From: Microbotryum violaceum
Taxonomy: Eukaryota
Assembly (NCBI GenBank): GCA_001244265.2
Contig: CDLV01000010.1
Span: 806,001 to 870,000, forward strand
Length of the DNA: 64,000 nucleotides
Direction: 5' to 3'
A model generated the notes under the pieces. That model made no database searches. It had not been told where the DNA came from and worked only from the letters and a program-made list of their open reading frames with translations. Positions 25,526 to 38,445 of the stretch are shown here, piece by piece; positions within the stretch are counted from its first letter, which is position 1; each line of letters starts with the position of its first letter. Made by a program: the position numbers and the translations under genes.

Positions 25526-27594
25526 ATGTCATTGTTCTGTTCGATCTCGGGGCAACCGCCGCTGAAGCCGGTGCTGTCGATCAAGTCGGGCCACGTCTAC
25601 GAGCGCGAGTTGGTGCTCAAGTACCTGCGCGACAACGATGGCAAGGACCCCATTACCGGCCAGCAACTGACCGACGAAGACCTCGTCGAGATCAAGACGG
25701 GTACGTGCACTCTTTATTGTTGAGGACCATGCTGGGAACATGCCATGCTGGGGGAGTGGTTCTGCATCTGCCCTGGTCTGGCAGTCGAGGGCTTGCGTCG
25801 TTGTGCTGCTGGCTCATGGCGGTGCCTGCACTCGATCGCATCACTGCATGGCCCAGTTTACGCACCACCGACTCCACCTCAACACTGTACTGATAGTTTG
25901 CTTCTGGCGCCCCGTTGCCTCAGCGCCGGGAGCTCCATCTGCGCCGCCTCGCCCGCCGACTTTCACCTCGGTCCCCGCGCTGCTGCACACCCTCCAGTCC
26001 GAGTGGGATGCGACCATGCTCGAATGCTTGGAACTGCGTCGTGCCGGCGAGGAATTGCGACAGGAACTCAGTCACGCGTTGTACAAGGAGGACGCCGCGA
26101 TGCGCGTGCTCGCAAGGTTGACACGGGAACGTGACGAGGCCAGGGAGTGAGTGCACACCACTATTTTCATTCTTTTCGGAACGGATATCATCGCCTAGAT
26201 GACAACGACCGCGGTGTGGAATTATGGATCCTGACTTTCGTGACTACCCCCTCACCCAACAGAGCGCTCGCGTCGGTCAAGGCGACTCTTGGTCCTGCCT
26301 TCTCGAGTGGTGCAACGAATGGTGCCAGTGGTGATGTCGAGATGGAGGCATCGAACCAAGCATCCGAAGCACCCGAGGCCGGCCTACCTGCAGAGGCGGC
26401 GCAGATCGTTCAGGACACCAACAAAGCGTCAGTCCCTCGTGCCGGCGTCCCCATCCCACTTTCGAAGGTGCTCATTAGGTCTCACGGGTGGTTCTTCCAC
26501 AGTCTCTCTGCTACACGACGAAAGCGAAAGGCCCCTGCCGATTATGCGACCGCTGATGCGATCAAGGCCTACACAACCACGACCGCGATTTCGAGTCTGC
26601 ATACGACCAAGCCCGCCGGACTCTCGGCACTCGCCTTGGCCAAAGATGCGTCTTTGATCGTTACCGGAGGGTGAGTGCACAATCTCGTATCGAGTCGAGT
26701 CTCGAGCTGCGGACTCATGCTCACACCGGTGTGTCGCCCGCGTACCTTGCCTCCAGCCTCGACAAAGCCGTCCAGGTTTACGACCGCTCGACCTCCAAGA
26801 TCGTCGCCACGCTCAAGGGCCACACCAAAAAGGTCTCTGCCGTCATCGCCTCGTCAACGCTGACCGATGCCGGTCTGCCGACATTCCTCGTCTCTGGCTC
26901 GCTCGACAAGGCCGTTCGCGTCTGGACGCCGAATGGAGCCAAGACCGTCTATGGCTCGACGATCCTCGCGACTGGGGGTGAAGTCAGTGGGCTGTCGCTG
27001 CACCCTTCCGGACGACTGGTCGCATCGGCCTCGTTGGACGGATCGTGGGCCATCCACTCCCTCGATGGTGCCAAAGCTTCGACCGTCTTGACTGGGCAAC
27101 TTCCCGTCGAGGGCGTCTCGAGTACCTCGATCGCTTTCCACCCCGACGGAGCCATCTTCGGTCTCGGCTCTTCGGACGGTCAGATCCGTATCTTTGACAG
27201 CGTCACGGGCAAGATCGCAGCCACATTCGACACGACCCTGGGCGAAGCAGTCGTATCGTTGTCCTTCTCCGAGAACGGTTACACGCTCGCCTCGGCGTCC
27301 AAAGGCTCGAACAAGGTGCAAATCTGGGACCTGCGCAAGCAGACCAACTCGGCCAACGTCGAGCTGCCCGAGGGCGAAGCCACCCTCGTCAATCAGGTGC
27401 GCTTCGATCCTTCGGCGCAGTATCTGACCGTCGTCGGCAACGACTTGCGCGTATTTGCGAACAAGACGTGGGAACCGGTGCTGGTTAATGAGGAAAACAC
27501 GAGCGAGATCACGGGCGTCGAGTGGAGTGCGGACGGGAAGGAGATCGCGACGAGTAGTCTGGATCGATCGGTTAGGTTCCTCGGAACGGCTTGA
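25526..27594 (+). CDS. PRP19: Pre-mRNA splicing factor Prp19 (U-box, coiled coil, WD40); 4 introns
   Basis: [34 protein letters not shown]...KDPITGQ (U-box), [26 protein letters not shown]...[22 protein letters not shown] (Prp19 coiled coil), WD40 repeats. Confidence 0.97.
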
Positions 27595-27946
27595 GGCATG
27601 TGGTCGAATTGGAGCTGGGCAGGGGAGGGGGACAGAAAAGGGGAGGGCGGCGAAGTCGGACGAGCCCTACACCCCATCAACTATACTGAGTCTCGTGTCG
27701 AGGTCATGTTCCCTTATTCTTCTTCCCTTTTGTGTGTGTGGAATTGAACAACAAGCGATTTACACAATGTAATTTCCAGCGTTAGCGAGGCGAGGCGATC
27801 ATTATGCGCGATCTGTAACTGGGAAATGGAGCCGATCACGCGTCGCGCGCCGTCGTTCAATCCGCCGAGTGTTGACCCTCGTCTTTCCAAGTTGCAGGCT
27901 CCTTTCGCCGTGTTGTCGCCCAATCCGAGGGCCGTCTCTCGCCAAC

Positions 27947-30900
27947 ATGAGGATCACCGAACTCGTGCTGGATGGGTTCAAGTCCTAGTCAGTACCCTCG
28001 ATCCTGCTCCGAGCTTGAGCCTCCTTCCGTCGCGGGTCGTGTTTGCTGATCTCGGCCACACCCCGCCCCCTTCGCCCATCCCATTGTGCGTGGTGCCTCC
28101 GCCTACAGTCCCGTACGAACCTCGATCAGCGGATGGGACTCGAGCTTCAATGCCATCACCGGATTGTGAGCCAAGTCAGCCGAGAAGCCAACACCGAGCC
28201 ACGCGTCCCCGACGGCGTTTGTTGTTGGACGACGCGTGTCGCAGCCGGGAAGGCGGGCGAGCACTGACACCTCGAAATCGGCGCACAGGAACGGATCCGG
28301 TAAATCCAATATCCTGGATTCCATCTGCTTCGTGCTGGGTATCACCAATTTGACTACGGTATGTCATCCGATCGGTCATCAGCCTCGGACACTCGACGGG
28401 CCCCGGTGGTCGCTGACTCGCCTTCTCGTCCTGCGGAACAACGCCTCGCCGCTGTCCTCGGTGCGCGCACGCACAGGTCCGCGCCTCCAACCTCTTGGAT
28501 CTCATCTACAAACGAGGCCAAGCCGGCGTCACGCGCGCCTCGGTCACGATCGTCTTTGACAACTCGGACAAGTCCAAAGCCCCCGTCGGCTTCGAGGCCC
28601 ATCCCGAAATCAGCGTCACGCGCCAGATCGCGCTCAATGGTACCTCCAAGTACCTCATCTGCGGGCATCGCTCGACCCAGGCCGCGGTGCAGAACCTGTT
28701 CCAGTCCGTGCAGCTCAATATCAATAATCCCAACTTCCTCATCATGCAAGGTCAATCCTCAATTCGGAGCCCCGAGCCTATACGTTTTTTTCTTTTCTTT
28801 TCGTCGTCTTGCTCAACCTTCTTGCTCCTTCCGGTACACTTTTCCAGGCAAGATCACCAAGGTGCTCAACATGCGCCCGCAAGAGATCCTCTCCATGATC
28901 GAAGAAGCCGCGGGCACGTCCATGTTTGAAGAGAAGAAGGACAAGGCCGTCAAGACGATGGCCAAGAAGGAGAAACGCCTCGACGAGATTCAGGACCTCT
29001 TGAAGGAAGAGATCGTGCCCAAGCTTGATCGATTGAGGGAAGAGAAGAGGGTCTTTTTGGAGTTTCAGAAAAAGGCGAGCGAGTTGGAAAGACTGAGTCG
29101 GTTGGTCGTGGCATGGGATTGGTTGGAGGTGGTCAAGCGGCTCAAAGAAGGCGGGGCTGGGGTTGAGAAGAGCGAAAAGAGGTTGGCAAAAGCTGTTGAG
29201 GGCAAGGTGAGGATGGACAAGGAAGCCGAAAGGATGGAGAAGGATGTCATTGAGATTGAGAAGAGGAGGGAGGTGGTCGGTCTATTCGCTTGCACCGTTT
29301 CTTGCAAATGGATCGCGACTGACATTCTCGGAAAGCGTCTCTAGGAACTGGCAAAGGGCGGCAAGGTGGCACGCCTAGAGCAGGAGCAGACCGAGCTCGC
29401 CAAGGAATGCAGCAAGCTCGAGGCTCAGGTCGACATCATGGCTGGCAACATCATGGATGAGCAGGCCCGGGTCGCACAGCTCGAAACGAATGCTAAGGAG
29501 GTGAGTGGGTACGCTGAAATGAGATCTACGCTTCTCAATTGACTCAGTCTCCATCGTCAAACCCTTCAGCTTGCATCCTCGCGCAAGGAGCGAGAACAAA
29601 GCTCGAAGGAAGCGGCGCAGCAGTTCGCCTCCCTCAAAGCAAATTACGATGCGACCACCACATCGCTCAAGGCCTCCGAGGACCTCTTGCAAACGCTCTT
29701 GACCGGCATCTCTTCCTCCTCGGACGAATCGACGTCGTCCGGGTTCATGGGACAACTCGCCAAAGCCAAGGAGCTTGCCTCGAACCTTGGAACTGAGGCC
29801 GAACGGGCCAAGGCGCGCATCGAGCATTTGCAGAAGGAGTTGAAGGAGAAGGAGCCGAGGGCCAAAAAGGCAGCATCTGAAGGAAAGGGCTTGATCTCTG
29901 AGCTGGAAGCGGCAAAGAAGGAACGAGCCACGCTCGAAGCGGCGTTGGGCAAGTTGGGCTGGGACGAGGACAAGGAGACGCAGTTGAGGGAGAGGAGGGA
30001 CGTCGAAGGGAAAGCGGTGCGCAAGTTGCTCGAGGAGAGGGATGCGATCAAGTCGAACTTGGCGCAGCTCGATTTTTCCTACACAATTCCTCATCGAGGT
30101 TTCGACCAATCGCAGGTCAAGGGTCTGGTCGCGAACCTCGTGTCGTTGGATGAAAGCAACTTTCATGCCGCGACGGCGCTCGAGGTCGCCGCTGGAGGTC
30201 GACTTTACAACGTCGTCGTCCAAGACGAGAATGTCGGTGCGGACCTGATCAAGGGTGGACAAATGCGCAAGCGCGTCACGTTCATCCCCTTGAGCAAGAT
30301 CAAAGCCAGCGTCGCGTCGAAGGAAACCCTGCGTACCGTCAGCAAGGTCTCGCCTCAGACCAAACTCGCGCTCTCGATGGTCGGCTACGACGATGAGCTC
30401 AACGCCGCAATGGAGTACATCTTCGGGAGCACGTTGATCTGCGCTGATTCGGACGAGGCCAAGCTCGTCACGTTCCACAATGAAATTAGGATGCGATCCG
30501 TCACGCTCGAAGGGGATGTCTACTCACCCGACGGAACACTGTCTGGTGGAAGTCGATCCCAGGGCGCCGGCATCCTCGTCAAGGTCCAGCAGCTCAAGAA
30601 GGTCGAGGTCGAGCTGAAAGCGAGGCAACAGGCACTTGATGCGGCTGAGAAGGCATTCGATCAGACCACGGCGGCGATGGACACGTACAAGCAGGCCAAG
30701 AAGCAGCTTGACCTCAAGGCTCATGAGGTCGGGCTGTTGGAGGAGCGTGTACAAGAGTCGAACGCAACGAGGGTGAGTGCGGTTGTTTTCACAGCGAGAT
30801 CTGGGAACCCTTGCTGATGTTCTCCATACCCTATCCGCAGATCATCAGCGAGGTCGAGTCGATCAAGACCATCATAGAGACCATGAAGCAGACGATCGTC

Positions 30901-32678
30901 GACTCGAAAGCGAGGCAGAAGGAGGCCCAGGCCGAATGCAAACGCATTGAGAAGGAGATGGATGAGTTCAAAAACAACCGAGACTCCAAGCTCGACCAGA
31001 TTAAGGCTGAGATCAAGAAGAAGAAGGGCGATGTGACCAAGCAGACGGTCGAGGTCAAGACTTTGCAACGCGAGGTGCAGACCGCCGAGCTCGAACTGGA
31101 GCAGATGGAGAAGGACATTGCTGCGAGTGGGATCGAACTTGCTGAAGCCAGGACCCATCTCGTCAAAACCGAGGCTGCACTGCTAGAGCTCAAGAAGACC
31201 GTCAAGCAAAAGCAGAATGAACTCAGGGTCATCGAAGCCAAGATTGCCGAGGAGACCAAGATGCTGACCGCATTTCAGGACGAGCTCGATGCGCTCGATC
31301 GTGCGATCAAGGCGAAGCGACAAGAGATCGTCGACATTGATATGGCTATCACTGAGCTCAAACTTGAGATTGAACGCGCCAAGAAGGACCAGAAGAATGC
31401 CGCTGATGCCGTCGCCAAGCTCGAGAGCCGATTTGAGTGGATCCAAGACGAGTGCCAGTAAGTAGACCTTGAGGAGGCGCGCGAAGCTTCCCATCACTGA
31501 TTCGAATCACGATTCTCTCCCACGTAGAACCTTTGGTAAAGAAGGTTCACAGTACAACTTTGCCAACGTCAACATGAATGGCATGAAGGCCAAGTGCCAG
31601 AAGCTTGAGGAGGAGCAAAACGCGGCGAAGAAGAAGGTCAACCCGAAGGTGCTGACGATGATTGACAGGTGTGTACTCGGTATCTCGGCTGTTAGGCTCC
31701 TTGAAATACCGGCTAATTGAGATGTTTGCTTGATGTTGCAAAACAGTGTCGAGAAGAAGGAGAAGGAGCTCATCGGGATGTACCGACAAGTGCTCAAGGA
31801 CAAGAGCAAGATCGAAGAGACCGTTGCTAAACTCGACGACTACAAGAAAGATGCGCTGCAAAAGACGTGGGAGACTGTCAACGCCGAATTTGGGAACATT
31901 TTCGCCGAGCTGTTGCCGGGGAACTTTTCGAAGCTTCAGCCACCGGAGGGAATGGATATCACACAGGGCCTCGAGGTCAAGGTCCGATTGGGCACAGTGT
32001 GGAAAGCCAGCTTGACCGAGTTGTCGGGTGGGCAGAGGTACGTTCTGTGACTCGTTATGGACAATCGCTGGGCCCGACTGATCTGAAATTGACGTCCTTC
32101 GCAGATCCCTAATCGCGCTCTCGTTGATCATGGCGCTGTTGCACTTCAAACCGTATGTCAGCGTATCATGTCTCCCTTGTTACAGCATGCCGTTGATCTG
32201 GTCTTCTTTCATCTTCGCAGTGCACCGATGTATATTTTGGACGAAATTGTGAGTATTTCGCACACTTTCGTGTCGATTGCATCATCTGACCTTTGTCCGC
32301 GTGCACCACCCTCAGGATGCTGCCCTCGATCTCTCGCACAGTGAGTTTTCACGCCGCGCGTTTCGATCAACGAGCCCCGTCCTGACATTTTCCTCTACTT
32401 TTCCAGCCGAAAACATTGGTCGCCTCTTCCGAACCCGCTTCAAGGGCTCGCAATTCATCGTCGTCTCCCTCAAGGACGGGCTCTTCTCCAACGCGAACGT
32501 GCTCTTCCGCGCTCGCTTCCGAGACGGTACTTCGATCGTCGAGCGGACAAGTCAACGCAGTGCTTCGGGCTTGTACGACAAGGAGAATGCTCAACCCAAG
32601 AATGCGTCGGGTGCGGGTGCGAAGGGCAGAGGGGCGGCGCTTTCCATTAGTGGCGCGGGTTTGATCGCTGCTACATGA
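27947..32678 (+). CDS. SMC2: Condensin subunit Smc2; multi-intron with 25-28 nt micro-exons near the Walker B motif
   Basis: [74 protein letters not shown], hinge GGRLYNVVV...[36 protein letters not shown]. Confidence 0.98.
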
Positions 32679-32906
32679 GGGACAGACATGAATTTTAGGG
32701 GGCGTTCGATTCTGGGATTCTCTCCGTCGTGTTGTGAGATTGCTGTACTTCATTCGACTTTCTTCTTGCTTCAGTTGTAACTTTCATTGGAGTCTCAATT
32801 CTCTGGCTCTCGGCAGCATCGAGCTCATCGCGAGAGACCAAGCGAGAGATGCAATGCACAGAGTGCATGGACGAGCGTTGTTGCAGGAACTGGGAAGGAC
32901 AAGCGA

Positions 32907-32952
32907 GCGTACGATACAATACAAATAACGCGTACGATACAATACAAATAAC
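32907..32952. repeat. Exact 23-bp tandem duplication in the convergent 3'-UTR region
   Basis: gcgtacgatacaatacaaataac twice in a row. Confidence 0.9.
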
Positions 32953-33032
32953 AAGTGGGCACAAGAAAATCAAGCATAGATATATACATGGGACCAACTA
33001 GACCGATTAAAAACAATCCGTTCCCAATAGAC

Positions 33033-35690
33033 TTAAAGCATCGACGCCACACTTTTAACGCGATCGACCAACCCGGTCGCGGTTTTTTCCAAATCTTCGA
33101 CGACCTTGAGCAAACTCTTCATCTCTACTTCGGCAGAGCTTTTGGACCCTGTAGTTGAGTAGACGGACTTGTACTGGTCGAGGACACGCGAGACGGCACT
33201 GGCGACTTCGTGAGGCTGGCCCATGCGGGCGTGGTGAGCTACTCGTGCCTGCACGCGCAGTGCATTGAGGGTGAACAGATTCGTGAGAGCGAGAATGACG
33301 ACGAGGCCAACAACGATTCCCATGGGTCCGGTGAGCTGCTCCAAGAAGGACGAGAGGAGCGATTCGCCTTCCTCACTTGCGGATGCCCGAGCGCTGTCAT
33401 CGCCACCCTTCTTCGAGCCACCACTGGCGCCGGTCATCGTGACGCCTGAATCCTTGAAGTCGTCAGGGTTGGCTTCGATATGCGCTCTTGCCGCCTTCTC
33501 AAGGTCTTGATGATACTTCTTCTGCCCATCGATACAACTCCTCTCGATAATGCCCTTGAGCATCCTGTTCGTCTTGGTCCACTCGACTTCGGTCGTTACG
33601 CGCACACGCGCTCCGCCTTCATCGGACCAGGTCGTCACCGTTTTCGTGCGCACGGAGAAATCTTTACCTGCAGGAACGTCGGGTGTCTGGGTGGTAGTGA
33701 TATTGGAGATGTACTTCTCGGGATCGACCTTCTCATTCTCGTCCTTGATGTTGCAGTGCGTCTGCTTGGGGCCTGATGGAGGTGGAAGAAGGATCGGGTA
33801 AGTGTGGCGTTTCTTAAAGGGAAGATTTGATTGAAAATACTCACCGATCGAGCCGTTCAGCGGCTTGATGTACGACATCTCACGTTTCTGGAGATCGCCG
33901 TCACCGTTCGACTCCCACTCCCCGATTTCAACTTCCTTGAGACCTTGGTCGTCGGTAAAGAAGTCCTTCAAAAACTCGGAGTCGTGGATGAACAGCTCGT
34001 AGGCCTTTTGAGGCGAAATCGGTAGAACGCAATCGAGAGCGACATTCGCAAACTCTTCGCCGTCGTACTCGGTCGGCTCGTGGCCGAGCTCGCCTTGCAT
34101 GTCCTTCTTGGCCTTGTCCTTGATTTCTTCCGCTTCCGTCTTGCCCTCGGGCTTGTCGTCGTTGACGGCGGTGATCGACTTGAGGCGTGATCCGACTTTA
34201 GCGAGCGCGTTCGTGAACTTATGCTTCTTTCGTTCTCCGTGCTCGTCCTCGTACGAGATTTCGCTGTTGACGTCACCACCGCGGTTTACGCCGGTCGCAC
34301 CACCGGCGTCGCTGACGATGCTCGCAGAATCCTGGTCCTTGCTTTCGCGCGATCGCTCCTCTCCAGGATGGTTGTGGCGCCACAGATCGACGAGTAGATC
34401 GTAAGCTGGATCCCGAGCCAAGAAAGAGGCAAAAACATGCCGAGTGTTGAGGGTCGTCACCTCGATCGCGTTCGGAATGACGAGCGCGGTCATGCGCTTC
34501 TCGATCGTGACAATCTCAAAGAAGGGAATGCACACCGAAGTCTGCCAGCCAAGAATATTGGCTTTGAAGGCGAGATAGTGTTCCGAGAGGTAGAGACGGC
34601 CTTGTGCGAGAACGTCCTTTTGCAAGGCGCAGCGATAGTCCTCGATGAGCTCGTCGTCGTCGGGGATCTCGGAGGCAAAAAGCTTGTGGAACTTAAAGTT
34701 GGACACCTTGGGCGACGGGTGGTGATCCTCCGAAATGCGGTCCTTGATCGATTCGCTCATACTTGGGCTGTCATTCCTGTCGGGGTTCAGTTGTCGATCG
34801 GGCACGGCAACAGGTGCAAGACCTTGACGTGCCGATCCCGCTTGATGAATAGGGGTTGACGGCTGCAGTGGCAGGAGTGGCGGGCGTGAGAGATTTTCAA
34901 CATATGTGTTCGGTACCCTCCCTCGCAAAAACTGACTGACCTCTTTCCTTCCGTTGACCTCATCAAGCACCTCAGCGGCTTTCACATCTTGTTCTTTCTT
35001 GTCATTCTCTCCGGCATCTCCGCCGACGTCGCCCTCATCGTCGCTGCTCTCGGAGCCGGCGTCGGCCTCGCCAAGCTCGCGGTTGTTGCGACGACTCTTG
35101 CCGTGGTGCTTGCCGACCAGAGGGGTAGCGAGCTTGGCGTACCATGGCTTGGACGAGGAGGACCCGGAGGTGGGTGTGTCGACAGGACTCGAGGTGACTT
35201 TGGTCACGACCTCGGGGTACAGTCCCGAAGCGGGGCCGCCGACGACCTCACGCGAATTGTCCTGGAGCGCTTGGCGCGCGGGCATGTCGACACCAGCCTC
35301 ACCCGAGTGCACGACACTGGTGTGGGATGAGAAGCTCGTCGTCGCAACCATCTCAGTAGTTGAGGTTGGTGATGGGGAGAATGGAGAGAGAGAGCTCGTG
35401 TCCAAAGCAAGATGAGGCTCAGCAGAAGCTCCCGGCTGCAATGACGTGGGGTTGAGCCCCGCAGAAGCCCCGGGCTGGGCGGTAACGATCGGCGATGGCA
35501 CGAGTGGCGCAAGGCGGCGCGAACGGGGCTGAGTTGTAGTTGCCGGGAGCGGGGCTGCGGCACCGAGTGGAGGAGGATCTTCTCGCTTATTGACAAGGAC
35601 CAAGGACCCGTCCGAGTGACACTCTTCTGAATCGTCAGAGTGCGATGCAGGACTGCTGCAAGGGGTCGAGTCTCTCGCGCCGTCGCTCAT
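33033..35690 (-). CDS. GRAM + VASt (StARkin) membrane-anchored sterol transfer protein (Lam/Ysp2/Ltc family); short in-frame introns likely
   Basis: GRAM: FHKLF..IPDDDELIEDYRCALQKDVLAQGRLYLSEHYLAFKANILGW...IEKRMTALVIPNAI. VASt: REMSYIKPLNGSIG|PKQTHC...TTQTPDVPAGKDFSV...KGIIERSCIDGQ. C-terminal TM helix. Confidence 0.92.
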   Translation of the reverse strand: MSDGARDSTPCSSPASHSDDSEECHSDGSLVLVNKREDPPPLGAAAPLPATTTQPRSRRLAPLVPSPIVTAQPGASAGLNPTSLQPGASAEPHLALDTSSLSPFSPSPTSTTEMVATTSFSSHTSVVHSGEAGVDMPARQALQDNSREVVGGPASGLYPEVVTKVTSSPVDTPTSGSSSSKPWYAKLATPLVGKHHGKSRRNNRELGEADAGSESSDDEGDVGGDAGENDKKEQDVKAAEVLDEVNGRKEVSQFLRGRVPNTYVENLSRPPLLPLQPSTPIHQAGSARQGLAPVAVPDRQLNPDRNDSPSMSESIKDRISEDHHPSPKVSNFKFHKLFASEIPDDDELIEDYRCALQKDVLAQGRLYLSEHYLAFKANILGWQTSVCIPFFEIVTIEKRMTALVIPNAIEVTTLNTRHVFASFLARDPAYDLLVDLWRHNHPGEERSRESKDQDSASIVSDAGGATGVNRGGDVNSEISYEDEHGERKKHKFTNALAKVGSRLKSITAVNDDKPEGKTEAEEIKDKAKKDMQGELGHEPTEYDGEEFANVALDCVLPISPQKAYELFIHDSEFLKDFFTDDQGLKEVEIGEWESNGDGDLQKREMSYIKPLNGSIGEYFQSNLPFKKRHTYPILLPPPSGPKQTHCNIKDENEKVDPEKYISNITTTQTPDVPAGKDFSVRTKTVTTWSDEGGARVRVTTEVEWTKTNRMLKGIIERSCIDGQKKYHQDLEKAARAHIEANPDDFKDSGVTMTGASGGSKKGGDDSARASASEEGESLLSSFLEQLTGPMGIVVGLVVILALTNLFTLNALRVQARVAHHARMGQPHEVASAVSRVLDQYKSVYSTTGSKSSAEVEMKSLLKVVEDLEKTATGLVDRVKSVASML

Positions 35691-36525
35691 CGTCGTGGCC
35701 CAAGACGGACCTGTTCTCAGGGCCCAGCGAGCGGGGCACGCATGACGCAGCCGTGTTCTGCTAGGTTCTGCTCGCGGCCACTCTCACTCCCGGGCTTGAA
35801 GCGAGCCGTCTGTTCAGCTGTCAGTCAAGCTTCCCCTCGGAAGCGATCGGCAGGATCGGCAGGCCGAGATGAGCTGGGCGAGTACTATAGTTGTGATCAA
35901 TAAATAGCCTGACCAAATTGACTAGTTTCCCTTGTCCTCACTCGCCTTTATCGACAATGATATCACTTATCGGGACCGAATCATTTCTTCGGGAACCAGC
36001 TCTCCACTCAAGCGGCCTCACCAGTCTTCACTCGCCAACCCGCGGGAAGCGGGCAACCGTCACCGCGTCACCGGCGGGTCGCACTGTCCATTCCCAATTG
36101 CTGCAAATTATGATAGCAGCTTCAAGAAATATGGCATATCTTTCTCGGTCAAGTAAGTATCGACACCGCCGTATCCATCGCGGGACACCTCGAAGTCACG
36201 TGATCAGTTGTCAACTCCCGGCGGGGCCGTTCTGTGAAGGATCCGACTGTACGTCGAGTTGTGCGTGAACTCTGGGCAAATTTTCAAGTACGCTGAGCTG
36301 CCAATGACACCTACGTAGCTACTGGATACAGACTGCCTGAACACTCCGTTTCGATTTTGGGTTCGGGCTCGGGCAGCTCGCGCACAGACACTCTGCTTTT
36401 GGCAGCTGGCCCCCACTTAAAAGTCACCGATACGCGAACTTGAGTCTGATTCGACTCGACCTCTTTTCCCTTCCCCCCTTCTAGCACGCCTGTAAGCACC
36501 CATACCTACACAACACGTCTACATT

Positions 36526-38345
36526 ATGACCAGCCGCACAAACCACTTTTTTGACCTCATATCGGACCCAGAGATGCTCGCTTCGATCTCATCCGACTCG
36601 GACGATCCGGGCAACCTCGACCTGACAACCGTGGATCGTCAAGTCGCCGACGCCGTCGACAACCTCGACTCGGACAAACAGACACGACAAGGGCGCGACT
36701 GGCGACCCAAGTCGACTTTTCACTTGAAGCAGTTCTCCGAAATGACCATTCTCGAAAAGATGGCGGCGAGACGGTTGATGCCGTCCGAATATCACTCGTT
36801 ACCGTCGATCGGGGTCCGATACCCAAGCAACCCCTCTTGCCTGAACACCTCTTCATCCTGTCGCATGCACTGCTTGCACCGGCATTGCAACAATTGAGCT
36901 ATTATTCTTTCCCTGGTCATTTGTCGCTACGTTGACCATGGTGTTACAGACTGTCAAAGCCACCGTCCAATCTTACCTTCAGGTCTGGAGGGTTGTGATT
37001 GCCGCGGGTGTCACGTGCGCGTGGACTTCGACTGATTGAGCCGCTGCCGCCCCTTCTATTCCCTCCGCACAGGATACAAATGGCCTCCAGAAGTGGCTTG
37101 GTTCGTCTACGTTGCCAGCTACATTCTCTTCGGGAATCGAGTGGTGAGTCCATCTCACTCATCAATTCGGGCCCAACGCTGGTCTGACGATTGCACGCCA
37201 CTTGCCTTTTCGGATTGCCCAGTTTAAACGATTTACGCACTTTGCTGTAAGCTCCGGCCTCGTCACTGGGGTTACTCGTGCAGTCCACTCATCTCATCAC
37301 TGTATCTTAGCTCAAATACGGGACTCTGGACGAGAAAAATGTTGGTCGAGACCGATACCCAGACAAGGCCATTGACCAACTAGCCCTCGTCAGTATATTC
37401 AAGAGTCGGCTTTGACTGTAACAGCAATAACTGATGACAAGAAAAATCCTTCCATCTACGATATCGAAGGGCCAACTCGCATTCCTTCTCACTCGAACCT
37501 TTGGCGAATTCTTCATCAAATACGATCGCACCGAGAACCCCATCAACGCCTTTTCTTGGACGACCCCTATACGGTGGTTCTTCTGGCTTGTTGCTCTCGA
37601 TTACTTCTTCTACGCGTATCATCGCACCGCCCATGAGGTAGATTCATTTTGGAGAATCCACAAGATCCATCATACAACGCGCCACCCGTCGCCGCTGTTG
37701 TCAATCTTGTCATCCGAGATCCAGGAGGTATGTACCTCCCTGCCGCAGACCCAATTGTCGACTCTCGCATACTGAATAAGCTCTTTACAGGCAATCGAAA
37801 TTGCTTTGGTCCCACTCTCGGCCACTCTACTGGTATCAATGAACTTCCACGAACTTTTCGTTCTCTGTGAGTACACCACGCCACCCCCAGCCGCAGGAGT
37901 GATGGCTGACAAGTGTGGGACGTTTCACAGCGGTCTACACGTCCTATGTCGAGTTGCTCGGCCACACGGGTATTCGTGCAGAGTGGGAACTCCCTATTAC
38001 AGGTTTACCACTCAGACTTATTGGGTGCAACCTCTTGATTGAAGATCATGATACTGTGCGTCTCGCTTCGCTTAGGCTTTATAGTCGAAGCTCGCGAAGC
38101 TGACCTCTAGCTTCTGCTCGGTCCTCTTGCGTCGGGGCCCATAGCATCATCGATTCGGTGAGCAGCATTTACACCACTATGACACTATATTGTCCGGGTT
38201 CTGTTACTCACCGTGCTTCATCCATCCTCTCACAGGTAAATCGGGTCGAAACTACGGCAAGCAAAGTCGCTTCTGGGACGTCTTGTTCGGCACGACGACC
38301 GATCGAATTGAAATGAGCAACTTGCCCGGTCAAAGGCCTTACTGA
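36526..38345 (+). CDS. Fatty acid hydroxylase / sterol desaturase superfamily membrane protein; multi-intron; start uncertain (36526 or 36574)
   Basis: His boxes DYFFYAYHRTAH, WRIHKIHHTT, ELLGHTG, EDHDT|HHRF|GKSGRNYGKQSRFWDVLFGT. Confidence 0.87.
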
Positions 38346-38445
38346 TGACTTCGACGGCTGTTCGATTACCCGTCTTGTTCCTTTTGGATAGCATATGTAT
38401 ATCTCGTTTACCTATCGATTGCAATGTGACACTAAATACACCTCG

